Origin: Ignavibacteriales bacterium
GTDB taxonomy: Bacteria > Bacteroidota > Ignavibacteria > UBA10030 > UBA6906
Assembly (NCBI GenBank): GCA_037441705.1
Contig: JBBIRR010000008.1
Span: forward strand, 1 to 64,000
Direction of reading: 5' to 3'
Length of the DNA stretch: 64,000 nt
Each line of letters starts with the position of its first letter. The stretch's first letter is position 1. The notes beneath the pieces are model-generated. The model did not search any database. It saw only the letters and a list, made by a program, of their open reading frames with translations, and was not told the DNA's origin. Below, in pieces: positions 1 through 8,307 of this stretch. The position numbers were made by a program, and so were the translations under genes.

Positions 1-978
1 CGCCCCGATCACCGTCGGCACAGCATACATGTTGAACGATCGCCCCTGGCCGGAGCCGTTGTTGTTCTCTCCCATCAACATTTCGTTCAGCTTTGCGGCA
101 ACACGCTCGGCCAATCGGCGGTTGTTTACAAAGATGAGCGTTGTGGTATGTTTGCGAATCTGCTCCAACAGCTCGGCGAACACCAGCGGCCAGACACTCT
201 CGGCAGGAAGGTCGGAGAAATCCGGCGGGGGACATTCCACGAGGAGGTTCATGTGTTTTTTTCTTCCCGCATCAACAATCACCACGTCACGTGGTTTCAG
301 GTGTCCGTTTTCCCATGTTTGACCGCCGAGAAACGCGGCGATGGTCTGCAACGGCTTCTGTGTTGCCGAGAGTCCGATGCGCACGAATTCTTGCCCGGTA
401 ATCTCCGCCAGGCGTTCGAGCGAAAGCGAAAGGTGCACGCCGCGCTTGTTGCCGCAGACGGAATGAATCTCATCCACAATCACGTACTGAACCGTTGAGA
501 GCATCTTCCGCGCTTGCTTCGAGGTCAAGATAAGATAGAGGGATTCGGGAGTGGTAATGAGAATGTCGGGCGGTGTGCGCAGCATTGCGGCACGCGCGGT
601 CTGAGGCGTGTCGCCCGTTCGCACGGCCGCGGTAATGGTCGGAAGCGGCAGCCCTGCGATTGCCGCCTCTCGCCGGATGCCCTCCAGCGGCTGCTCAAGA
701 TTGCGGCGCATGTCGTTGTTGAGTGCTTTGAGCGGCGAAACGTACAGGATTCGAACACCTCGCGGGAGAATTTCCGTCAGGTGCCGCTCGACGAGGTGAT
801 TGATTGCCCAGAGGAACGCGGCAAGTGTTTTGCCCGACCCTGTCGGCGCAAGGATGAGCGTGTGTTTCCCGGCCGAGATCGGAGGCCACCCCATCACCTG
901 CGGCGGTGTCGGCGTCTCGAACGTTTTCTCGAACCACGATCGAACGATAGGATGGAAATCGTTGAGCGCCTCGTGCAT
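1..978 (-). CDS. lhr: Lhr-family ATP-dependent DEAD/DEAH helicase, 5' part (runs off the window)
   Basis: Not in the ORF track; translated by hand from ATG 978: MHEALNDFHPIVRSWF..APTGSGKT (Walker A)..YVSPLKALNND..RTGDT..ITTPESL..IVDEIH..KRG..RIGLSAT. Confidence 0.9.
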   Translation of the reverse strand, partial: MHEALNDFHPIVRSWFEKTFETPTPPQVMGWPPISAGKHTLILAPTGSGKTLAAFLWAINHLVERHLTEILPRGVRILYVSPLKALNNDMRRNLEQPLEGIRREAAIAGLPLPTITAAVRTGDTPQTARAAMLRTPPDILITTPESLYLILTSKQARKMLSTVQYVIVDEIHSVCGNKRGVHLSLSLERLAEITGQEFVRIGLSATQKPLQTIAAFLGGQTWENGHLKPRDVVIVDAGRKKHMNLLVECPPPDFSDLPAESVWPLVFAELLEQIRKHTTTLIFVNNRRLAERVAAKLNEMLMGENNNGSGQGRSFNMYAVPTVIGA

Positions 979-1076
979 GGTCAGGCCTCTGAAAAGCTCA
1001 CATGAAAATGAGGCAAAGCCGGAGGAGGGCAGTCTTGAAGTTTCATGAACTCGTGAGAAGCTCTCCGCGCGGCTCA

Positions 1077-1105
1077 ATGATACTGCACTATCGGGTGAAT
1101 TGCAA
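1077..1105 (-). promoter_or_regulatory. sigma70-type promoter of lhr
   Basis: TTGCAA-N17-TATCAT on the minus strand. Confidence 0.5.
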
Positions 1106-1212
1106 CCGATGGGCATAAGCGGTCGTCTAACCATCAGCCCCCGGCCCATCCCGGAAAGCCCGGCGTCTTTTCAGAGCGGATACGCAACATCTTCATCAGG
1201 CATGCCGTATCA
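1101..1212 (+). promoter_or_regulatory. two tandem ECF-sigma-like promoters ahead of the MacAB-like operon
   Basis: TGCAAC-N17-CGTCTA (1101-1129) and CGCAAC-N17-CGTATC (1183-1211). Confidence 0.5.
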
Positions 1213-1286
1213 CCGTCTGAAGATTTTTGTGGACTGCCCTCGATAGGTGCTTCATCGTTCAATCAGATTTCGTGGAGATCGCCATC

Positions 1287-2378
1287 ATGAAGAAGAACAT
1301 CATCCTTTCCACCGTCGGCGTCGCCGTACTCGTCGTCGGCGCGCTGATGTTTGTGCTCGGCTCAAAGGATGGGGAGGGGGATGCGCTCCCGCGCATCAAA
1401 GTGACGAGGGGGACAATCATTGACAAAGCCCTTGCCGTCGGAACGATCGAGCCGGAGAATGAAATCTCCGTCAAATCCAAAGTGACCGGCGTTGTCAGTC
1501 GCATTTTCGCCGACGCGGGCACATACGTGAAAGTCGGAGACCCGCTGCTGGAAGTTCGCCCCGATCCGACACCGCTGGAACTTGCCGACGCAAAACGCAG
1601 CGTAGAGTTGGCGCAGGTGGAATTGAATACGATGATGAAAGAACGGACTCGACAGGAATCGCTTCTTGCGAAGCAGCTGATCTCCGATAAAGAATATGAG
1701 GACTTCCAGCGCCGATATGACGAGGCGGACTTGCGCCTGAAGATTGCGCGAGAAAAATTGGCCCTGCTCGAAAGCGGGAAGGTTCGCATCGGCAACAAGA
1801 ACATCGAGTCCATCATCAAAGCTCCCATCGAGGGCTATGTGCTGAGCAAGACCGTGGAGGTGGGCGATCCGGTGACGCCGCTGACGTCGTTTCAGGAAGG
1901 AACCGTTTTGATGAAGATGGCAAACATGAGCCGCCTCGTGTTCAAAGGAACGGTGGATGAGATTGATGTCGGGAAGTTGAAGGAGGGAATGGAAGTCGAA
2001 ATCAAAGTCGGCGCCCTTCCCACCGATACCGTCCGCGGCGTGCTCAGCAAGATCTCGCTGAAGGCGGAGAAGAAAGATCAGGCGACGGTCTTTCCGATTG
2101 AAATATCCATTCCTTCTTCGAAGGCTACGACGCTGCGCGCGGGCTACTCCGCGAACGCAAACATCATCATCCAAAAAAAACAAAACGTGTTGATGATACC
2201 CGAGCGCGTGGTAACGTTTCGCAACGACTCGGCTTTCGTGAAGGTTGCCCTCCCCGGCGGCAAAGGCGAAGAGCGATACATCAAGACCGGCCTGAGCGAC
2301 GCGATCAACATCGAGGTTGTGCAGGGACTGGCCGAGGCGGACAGCGTGGAGGAGAAACCCGTGAAGAAAATCGAATAG
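1287..2378 (+). CDS. MacA/HlyD-type periplasmic adaptor (membrane fusion protein)
   Basis: N-terminal TM anchor, lipoyl-like halves (VKSKVTGVV..VKVGDPL; IKAPIEG..V), coiled coil, VDEIDVGKLKEG; start set at ATG 1287. Confidence 0.9.
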   Translation: MKKNIILSTVGVAVLVVGALMFVLGSKDGEGDALPRIKVTRGTIIDKALAVGTIEPENEISVKSKVTGVVSRIFADAGTYVKVGDPLLEVRPDPTPLELADAKRSVELAQVELNTMMKERTRQESLLAKQLISDKEYEDFQRRYDEADLRLKIAREKLALLESGKVRIGNKNIESIIKAPIEGYVLSKTVEVGDPVTPLTSFQEGTVLMKMANMSRLVFKGTVDEIDVGKLKEGMEVEIKVGALPTDTVRGVLSKISLKAEKKDQATVFPIEISIPSSKATTLRAGYSANANIIIQKKQNVLMIPERVVTFRNDSAFVKVALPGGKGEERYIKTGLSDAINIEVVQGLAEADSVEEKPVKKIE

Positions 2379-2415
2379 CGCGTATCAGGCCCTCTGCATC
2401 TGATCGGAGAACATC

Positions 2416-3651
2416 GTGAACCACCTACGCACAGTGATGTCGGAGTTCATCACCGACCTGCGCGCCCAGAAACTGCGCACGGTTCTGACGATGTTCGGCA
2501 TTGTATGGGGAACGGTCGCGATTGTGGTTCTGCTCGCGTTCGGCATGGGGTTCAAGAAACAGGTAACCATCAACATGCACGGGATTGGCGAGCGCATTGC
2601 GATCATGTTTCCCGGGAGAACGACGAAGCCCTGGCAGGGATTCACCGCGGGGCGCGGGATGCAATTCACCGAAGACGACGTCTCGCTTCTTGCTCATCGC
2701 GTTCCGGGCATTGCCAGAATCAGCGCCGAATATTCGGTGCAGAGCATTCCGGTGAAAGTGGGCGAGAACGTCATCAACACGCTGGTCGCCGGCGTCTATC
2801 CCGTCTATGCCGAGATGCGCAACATTGTTCCGGAGCCGGGCGGACGTTTCATCAACGATCTCGATCTGAAGGAACGAAAGCGTGTAGCGTTGATCGGCGA
2901 TGAGGTCAAGCGCCTGCTCTACGGCGATGGCCAGGCCATCGGCAAAGTGATCTACGTCGGTGCCGTGCCGTTCACGGTCGTCGGCGTGATGCAGAAGAAA
3001 ACCCAGAACTCCTCCTACAACCGGCGCGATCAGGATCGCGTGTTCATTCCTGCCTCTACCTTTGCCTCCGTCTACGGCACGCCGTATCTGAGCAACATCA
3101 TTTTCCAGCACGCCGACCCAACCCGGGCGGAGGAAACAAACGATCGCGTGCGCGCCGTGCTCGGCCACCGGTACCGCTTCGACCCGACGGACCACAACGC
3201 CGTCTGGATATGGGACACAACGGAGTTCGACAAGTTCCTGTTCTACTTTTTTCTCGGCTTCAACATCTTCATGGGCATGATCGGCAGCTTCACGCTCGGC
3301 GTCGGCGGGATCGGCGTTGCGAACATCATGTTCATCGTTGTCCAGGAGCGCATCAAGGAGATCGGCATCAAGCGCGCCGTCGGCGCAACGAAACGGAACA
3401 TCATGGTTCAGTTCTTCTCGGAAACGTTCTTCATCATCGCGCTGGGTTCCCTCCTCGGGTTCGCCATCGCGGTCGGGATTACAAAAGCACTGCAGTTCGT
3501 TCCCATCAAAGAATTCGTCGGCACGCCGATCATCTCGTGGCAGGTAGCGATTGCCACGGCGGTGGTGCTTTCCCTGATCGGCCTTGCTGCGGGGTTGCTG
3601 CCTGCGCGCAAGGCGGCCAACGTGAACGTCGTGGAATGTTTGAGAGCATGA
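2416..3651 (+). CDS. MacB/FtsX-type ABC transporter permease
   Basis: RTVLTMFGIVWG, periplasmic domain, GGIGVANIM..V.ER.KEIGI.RAVGA, PARKAA. Confidence 0.92.
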   Translation: MNHLRTVMSEFITDLRAQKLRTVLTMFGIVWGTVAIVVLLAFGMGFKKQVTINMHGIGERIAIMFPGRTTKPWQGFTAGRGMQFTEDDVSLLAHRVPGIARISAEYSVQSIPVKVGENVINTLVAGVYPVYAEMRNIVPEPGGRFINDLDLKERKRVALIGDEVKRLLYGDGQAIGKVIYVGAVPFTVVGVMQKKTQNSSYNRRDQDRVFIPASTFASVYGTPYLSNIIFQHADPTRAEETNDRVRAVLGHRYRFDPTDHNAVWIWDTTEFDKFLFYFFLGFNIFMGMIGSFTLGVGGIGVANIMFIVVQERIKEIGIKRAVGATKRNIMVQFFSETFFIIALGSLLGFAIAVGITKALQFVPIKEFVGTPIISWQVAIATAVVLSLIGLAAGLLPARKAANVNVVECLRA

Positions 3652-3660
3652 CGGCGTCCT

Positions 3661-4902
3661 ATGCTTCGTGAACTCCTCACGGATTTCTTTCGAGACCTGC
3701 GCACGCATCGCACGCGGGCGTTGCTGACGCTTGTGGCGATCACGTGGGGAACCGTGTCGGTGGTGCTGCTGCTGTCCTTCGGCGAGGGCCTGGGCCGACA
3801 GATGCTCAACGGCTTGATCAACGCGGGCAACCGCATCATGATCCTCTACGGCGGCGAGACGGGCATGCAGTTCGAGGGCCTGCCGAAGGGTCGCCGCATT
3901 CGTCTGGCGGAAGAAGACGCGGCGCTGCTCAAGACCGTCATTCCTGCCATCAACATGATCAGTCCGCAGTACCGCAACTTTGTAACACTCACGTACAAGA
4001 AATCCTCCACAACAACCGAATGCGAGGGCGTCAATCCGTTGTTCGAAGAAATGCGCCGCATGTATCCCGCGGCCGGCGGTCGCTTCCTGAACAGCATTGA
4101 CGTTGCCGAACAGCGGCGCGTACTCGTTCTCGGGTCGGAGATTGCGAAGGAGATTTTTGGCGATGAGAATCCCATCGGTAAGCAAATGCTGCTGGATGGA
4201 CTTCCGTTCACCGTCGTCGGATTGATCCAGAAAAAAATCCAGACGAGCATGAATAACGGACCCGACACGCGGCGGGCAATCGTTCCCTACACTACCTTTC
4301 GCACGATGTACGGTCCCAAGTACGTCAACTCGATCGTCGTAAGCCCGTTCGATCCGGCGCAGCAGGAGGAAGTGAAGAAGGCAATCTTCCGCGTCCTGGC
4401 ACGAAAGTACCGCTTCCATCCCGATGATGAACGTACGTTGTTTATCTGGGACTTTATCGAGAACGAGAAGATGAACTGGAAAATCAGTCTGGGCGTTTCG
4501 ATCTTTCTCGGTTCGGTAGGATTCCTCACGCTGCTGATTGCGGGCGTGGGCGTTGCGAACGTGATGTACGTTGTCGTGAAGGAACGAACGCGCGAGATCG
4601 GCATTCGGATGGCGGTGGGGGCGAAGAAGAAGTACATCCTCTGGCAGTTCATCTTCGAGGCGCTGCTGCTCGCCTTTCTCGGCGGGGCGATCGGTTTGCT
4701 GATCTCCTGGGGAGTTGTCTCCGGCGTGAAGCTGATTCCGTCGGAGGAGGGTGCCATGCAGTTTCTCGGCAAGCCGGTCCTTTCCGCGCCCATCATGCTG
4801 CTCACGACGGGGAGTTTGACGATCATCGGCTTGCTGGCGGGGTTCTTTCCCGCGCGCAGAGCTGCTTCCGTCAATCCGGTGGAATCGTTGCGCTACGAAT
4901 AG
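3661..4902 (+). CDS. MacB/FtsX-type ABC transporter permease (paralog)
   Basis: GVGVANVM..VKERTREIGIRMAVGA, C-terminal PARRAASVNPVESLRYE. Confidence 0.92.
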   Translation: MLRELLTDFFRDLRTHRTRALLTLVAITWGTVSVVLLLSFGEGLGRQMLNGLINAGNRIMILYGGETGMQFEGLPKGRRIRLAEEDAALLKTVIPAINMISPQYRNFVTLTYKKSSTTTECEGVNPLFEEMRRMYPAAGGRFLNSIDVAEQRRVLVLGSEIAKEIFGDENPIGKQMLLDGLPFTVVGLIQKKIQTSMNNGPDTRRAIVPYTTFRTMYGPKYVNSIVVSPFDPAQQEEVKKAIFRVLARKYRFHPDDERTLFIWDFIENEKMNWKISLGVSIFLGSVGFLTLLIAGVGVANVMYVVVKERTREIGIRMAVGAKKKYILWQFIFEALLLAFLGGAIGLLISWGVVSGVKLIPSEEGAMQFLGKPVLSAPIMLLTTGSLTIIGLLAGFFPARRAASVNPVESLRYE

Positions 4903-4939
4903 CCGCGCCTGCCGCGAAGCTCATCATTGGAGCGGCCCA

Positions 4940-5236
4940 TCAAAACTTCTGCGGCCTCAACACCTCCACATCGGCAAGATACACGATCATGGCGTAATCC
5001 CGATAGTACGTCTTCATCAAATGCTCGACGATGGCATGGGCGGTGGAATCGTCGCAGACAATCTCAATTCTCACGTTCTTGTTGAGATCCCAGTCTCCCT
5101 TTCGTGTTCCTCGTGATCCCTCACCGCTGGCGCTGACGGATGTGTAGCCGTGCGCGCCGAGTTTTTTCACGTCGTTAATGACGAGCTGTTCGATATTTTC
5201 CTCCGTCACGATCGTGACCAACTTGCGTTTCTCCAT
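4940..5236 (-). CDS. sbtB: PII-like regulator SbtB
   Basis: 98 aa; KLVTIVTE..GAHGYT...SGEGSRG..NVRIEIVC; lies directly behind sbtA. Confidence 0.85.
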   Translation of the reverse strand: MEKRKLVTIVTEENIEQLVINDVKKLGAHGYTSVSASGEGSRGTRKGDWDLNKNVRIEIVCDDSTAHAIVEHLMKTYYRDYAMIVYLADVEVLRPQKF

Positions 5237-5242
5237 ACTGTC

Positions 5243-6202
5243 TTACCCCAAGAGTGAATGTGTGGCAATGGCCATTTGGTGATAGAGGGGGATTCCTACA
5301 ATAAGATTGAAGGGGAACGTAATGCCGAGCGACGCAGTGATGTACAGCGTGGGATTTGCTTGCGGTACCGCAATGCGCATTGCTGCAGGCGCCGCAATGT
5401 ATGATGCACTTGCTGCCAGAGTTGCAAGCACCGTAGTTCCCCCGACGGAAAGTCCGGTCGCAACTCCGAGAGCACAACCGAGGGCGCTGGAAATGAGCGG
5501 CATGAGAATCCCAAACAGCACCAGAAAAGCGCCGACACGCTTCAGATCGGCCAGCCGGTTCGAGGCGACCAGGCCCATCTCCAGCAGGAAAAAGGCCAGA
5601 GCACCGCGAAACAGATCGACGAACGCAATCTTGACAGGAAGAAGTCCGTGCGGTCCCAGGACGTACCCTACCACCAATCCGACGGCAAGGAGGTAGAGAC
5701 TTTTGCCCAAGAAGACTTCGTGCATCAACGTGCCGACGCGCAGAGGTCCGCTCGTTGTCTTCAGGCGAGCAATGAAAATGCCGACGGCAATCGCAGGCAT
5801 CTCCAACAGCACAAGCAGCACCGTGACGAATTGCTCATACGGCTCCCGAATTTGCGAGAGGAAACTCAGCACAACGGCAAATGTGACTGCACTGACCGAT
5901 CCATAATGTGCCGCGATGGCCGCCGAGTCGGGGCGCGAGAACTTGCCCAGCCTCCGCAGAATGAAATACGCGATCACCGGAATAACCATGCCCAACACGA
6001 TGGAGGCTGCCGCCGGAGAGATGACGTTGTGCAGCTGCGATTCGTGCAGTTCCACCCCTCCCTTGAGCCCAATTGCCAGCAGAAGATAAATGCTCAGGAT
6101 TTCGTAGATGGACTCGGGAAGGCGCAGATCGGACTTTAGAACGCCGGCGATGAGTCCCGCGAGAAAGAAGAGGACAACAGGGTCAAGGAGATTGTCTATC
6201 AC
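5243..6202 (-). CDS. sbtA: Na+-dependent bicarbonate transporter, SbtA family
   Basis: LSIYLLLAIGLKGG, AAHYGSVSAVTF, ASASYIAAPAA, SLGITFPFN; ~10 TM; GTG start. Confidence 0.9.
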   Translation of the reverse strand: MIDNLLDPVVLFFLAGLIAGVLKSDLRLPESIYEILSIYLLLAIGLKGGVELHESQLHNVISPAAASIVLGMVIPVIAYFILRRLGKFSRPDSAAIAAHYGSVSAVTFAVVLSFLSQIREPYEQFVTVLLVLLEMPAIAVGIFIARLKTTSGPLRVGTLMHEVFLGKSLYLLAVGLVVGYVLGPHGLLPVKIAFVDLFRGALAFFLLEMGLVASNRLADLKRVGAFLVLFGILMPLISSALGCALGVATGLSVGGTTVLATLAASASYIAAPAAMRIAVPQANPTLYITASLGITFPFNLIVGIPLYHQMAIATHSLLG

Positions 6203-6279
6203 GTGCGCGCCTTGCTCTGTTCCGGATGTATCGAGGGAGAAACGAAAAGATGATCACACGGGCAGCGAAGCCAAGCGCC

Positions 6280-6357
6280 CTAACGGTATCGTCGTCCATC
6301 TGCTGGAAGGCGCATCAAGGCATCCGTATTTCGTCCGTAGGAGAACGTTCTCATCAT
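6280..6357 (-). CDS. putative leader peptide (uORF) of sbtA: MMRTFSYGRNTDALMRLPADGRRYR
   Basis: Hand-translated 25-codon ORF preceded by AGAGAG, inside the ~210 nt leader; an overlapping 35-codon frame (6254-6361) also exists. Confidence 0.45.
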   Translation of the reverse strand: MMRTFSYGRNTDALMRLPADGRRYR

Positions 6358-6420
6358 TCATCTCTCTGTTCGAAAAAATCTGCTTCAGATCCAAAATCGC
6401 TCACATGGAGCGACGCCAAG

Positions 6421-6449
6421 AATCTAACAACTGATCCCGTGACAAACAA
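6421..6449 (-). promoter_or_regulatory. sigma70-type promoter of sbtAB
   Basis: TTGTTT-N17-TAGATT with extended TG; the same TAGATT -10 occurs at uppS and pfkA. Confidence 0.5.
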
Positions 6450-6534
6450 GTCTTGTGATGCAAGCGTTGCGGTAGAGTGCCCACCGGACGGGTACGTCGT
6501 TCCGCGCAATCAGGCTGACGCGATGGTTATTCGT

Positions 6535-6669
6535 CTATCGCAATAGGAAAAAGTAAATGAGGCCAGCAACGATGAGCGCAACGACGCCCACACTGTAGTT
6601 GAACGTCTGATTGACGTTGCATGACGGCACCCGCTTGTCTTCCGGTGAACCGAGGTTCTGGTCGTTCAT
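6535..6669 (-). CDS. 44-aa single-TM small protein MNDQNLGSPEDKRVPSCNVNQTFNYSVGVVALIVAGLIYFFLLR
   Basis: Strong SD AAGGAG 7 nt upstream of ATG 6669; begins 17 nt after the upstream stop; C-terminal hydrophobic helix. Confidence 0.6.
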   Translation of the reverse strand: MNDQNLGSPEDKRVPSCNVNQTFNYSVGVVALIVAGLIYFFLLR

Positions 6670-6686
6670 AGGCTGACTCCTTCCCG

Positions 6687-7649
6687 TTAGAAATATACAC
6701 AATGTTTGCTCCATCGCACCACTGCAATTTGCAGATTGGTGAAGACCGGGTTTGCCGATGGTGTAATGGGGAACATGAGGTTCTGGCTGTCCGAGTCGTG
6801 ATGCGGCAGCAGGCACGCGTGGCCGATCTCGTGGGCAGCGACGTGGGACTGGTCGTTCGGCTTTGCCTCGACAACAACGTAGTTGTGCGTGGAGGCAAAA
6901 CTGCAGCCGTTCGTGTTGGCGGGAGTGACATCCTGCACGATGAAGACGATGATCTCTGCGCCGTATCCGATCACGCGGCGGAATCCGTCCGTAAACTTGC
7001 AGAGTGCCGAGGCAAACTCGAAGTACGATCCTGCGAGCCACCAATCGCTGAAGAACCCTCCTGCATCGCAGCTCACCACCAGGCCGCCTTCGGGAGGCGG
7101 AATGGTTGTTCTGCAGATGCCGGTAAAGATTGCATTGATGTTGCACATCCTGTCATAGAACTCGATCACCGCATCCACCTGCCGCTGAATCTCGGCATCA
7201 GAAACGATTTGCTTACCGTCGATCAGCGGCACAACGACGCCGAAGTACATTTTCTTTCGAAGCCTGATGCCCACGAGTGAGCCGATGAAATCAACGATGC
7301 CGACGATGCGCCAGACCAACTCGGTCACCCAGTTGAGGATCGTGCGAATGATGCCGCCGATAATCGGAATGCTGAGGATGAGATTGACGACGAAGGCAAT
7401 CGCGTCGAGCACGAAGTTGACCACTTCGCACACGACGCGCACCACCCACTTGCCGACGGTAACGACGACCCAGCGAACGACTTTGACGAGAACCCACACA
7501 AGCCAGCAGAACCACTTGTTGCAGCAGAGACACCACCAGTTGCACTCCTGTTCGCGGCAGCGCTGCTCCTGACGTTGTTCCCATTCTTCAATGGGCTTTT
7601 CGATTTGTTCCTCTACCCATTCCTGGGTTTCGCGGCAGACTCTTCCCAT
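6687..7649 (-). CDS. hypothetical protein: Cys/Trp-rich N-terminus, hydrophobic segment, C-terminal metzincin-like Zn site
   Basis: CNWWCLCCNKWFCW; HEIGHACLLPH followed by NLM Met-turn; SD AGGAG. Confidence 0.75.
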   Translation of the reverse strand: MGRVCRETQEWVEEQIEKPIEEWEQRQEQRCREQECNWWCLCCNKWFCWLVWVLVKVVRWVVVTVGKWVVRVVCEVVNFVLDAIAFVVNLILSIPIIGGIIRTILNWVTELVWRIVGIVDFIGSLVGIRLRKKMYFGVVVPLIDGKQIVSDAEIQRQVDAVIEFYDRMCNINAIFTGICRTTIPPPEGGLVVSCDAGGFFSDWWLAGSYFEFASALCKFTDGFRRVIGYGAEIIVFIVQDVTPANTNGCSFASTHNYVVVEAKPNDQSHVAAHEIGHACLLPHHDSDSQNLMFPITPSANPVFTNLQIAVVRWSKHCVYF

Positions 7650-8071
7650 GACGTTTTCTCCTGAGCTGGTGCATGATGGTGTGGCCGACGAGTGAGTTCG
7701 AGCGCATGACGAACAAGGCGGAGCATCTTGATGCGAGCAAGCAGAAGGCCCAAAATCTTTCCGGCAATCGCTCCTGCGACGGTCAAGCCGACGAGCAGCG
7801 ACAGGTCTCGCACGGTTATGCCATCAACGGTGCCGCCGGAGGAAAAGTAGTAAACGACCGAAGCGCCGGCAGTCAAGCTGATGAAGAGCGAGCCGAAAGC
7901 GCATCCGCATTCGTTCATGTAGCTGTGGGTCAGAAGACTGAGGCGCTCATTTTCTTGTTGATCCAGACGCGGGTGGCGAAATTCATAGCGGCGGTCGCCG
8001 GCGCCAAGAAACATGCGGTGCAGGCGAGCGCGCAGGTGGAGAAGGTCGGCATCCGTTGCAACGACGGGCAT
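7613..8071 (-). CDS. hypothetical 2-TM membrane protein with CGC motif
   Basis: GAGG SD, ECGC just before TM1, second TM; overlaps the next gene by 37 nt. Confidence 0.65.
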   Translation of the reverse strand: MPVVATDADLLHLRARLHRMFLGAGDRRYEFRHPRLDQQENERLSLLTHSYMNECGCAFGSLFISLTAGASVVYYFSSGGTVDGITVRDLSLLVGLTVAGAIAGKILGLLLARIKMLRLVRHALELTRRPHHHAPAQEKTSWEESAAKPRNG

Positions 8072-8152
8072 GGCATGCCTCGATAAGAAGAATGCAATGA
8101 GCTGACGTGGATGATGATCTTGAGGGTTGCAATACTGCGCTCAAGTCGCTGC

Positions 8153-8181
8153 ATTGTACCGAATATCGAATCCTTAAGCAA
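8153..8181 (-). promoter_or_regulatory. sigma70 promoter of the 8071-6535 operon
   Basis: TTGCTT-N17-TACAAT. Confidence 0.6.
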
Positions 8182-8198
8182 GAGATTCCCTTCATCAT

Positions 8199-8227
8199 TT
8201 GAAATCTTCCCCTCTTTCGAGTATAAT
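8199..8227 (+). promoter_or_regulatory. sigma70 promoter of uvrA
   Basis: TTGAAA-N17-TATAAT. Confidence 0.7.
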
Positions 8228-8307
8228 CAAAGACAGATATTTTCGAATCCTGCTGCAATCTGAAGCCCTCAGATACTGGCAGAAATTTTCGCTGACGTTA
8301 CCGAAGT

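Noticed and set aside
148-1005. Plus-strand ORFs in the first kilobase
   Set aside because: Antisense to the clear lhr reading frame.
2425-4419. 664-aa minus-strand ORF, and similar long antisense ORFs (15783-17057, 17070-18425, 23421-24731, 31158-32477, 47829-49370, 51327-52691)
   Set aside because: Shadow frames of well-supported GC-rich genes; no recognisable motifs.
6254-6361. Alternative 35-aa uORF MNDENV..SSRWTTIPLGRLASLPV
   Set aside because: Its ATG directly abuts the purine tract, giving poor SD spacing. Not excluded, but ranked below 6280-6357.
6203-6420. Known riboswitch upstream of sbtA
   Set aside because: I could not match fluoride, c-di-AMP, ZTP, guanidine or Mn consensus by eye; an Infernal/Rfam scan is needed.
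6535-7146. 203-aa ORF from the ORF track
   Set aside because: Mostly overlaps the 320-aa gene out of frame; only the last 44 codons have an SD-supported start.
8228-8307. LexA/SOS box upstream of uvrA
   Set aside because: No convincing palindrome matching a LexA box that I recognise.
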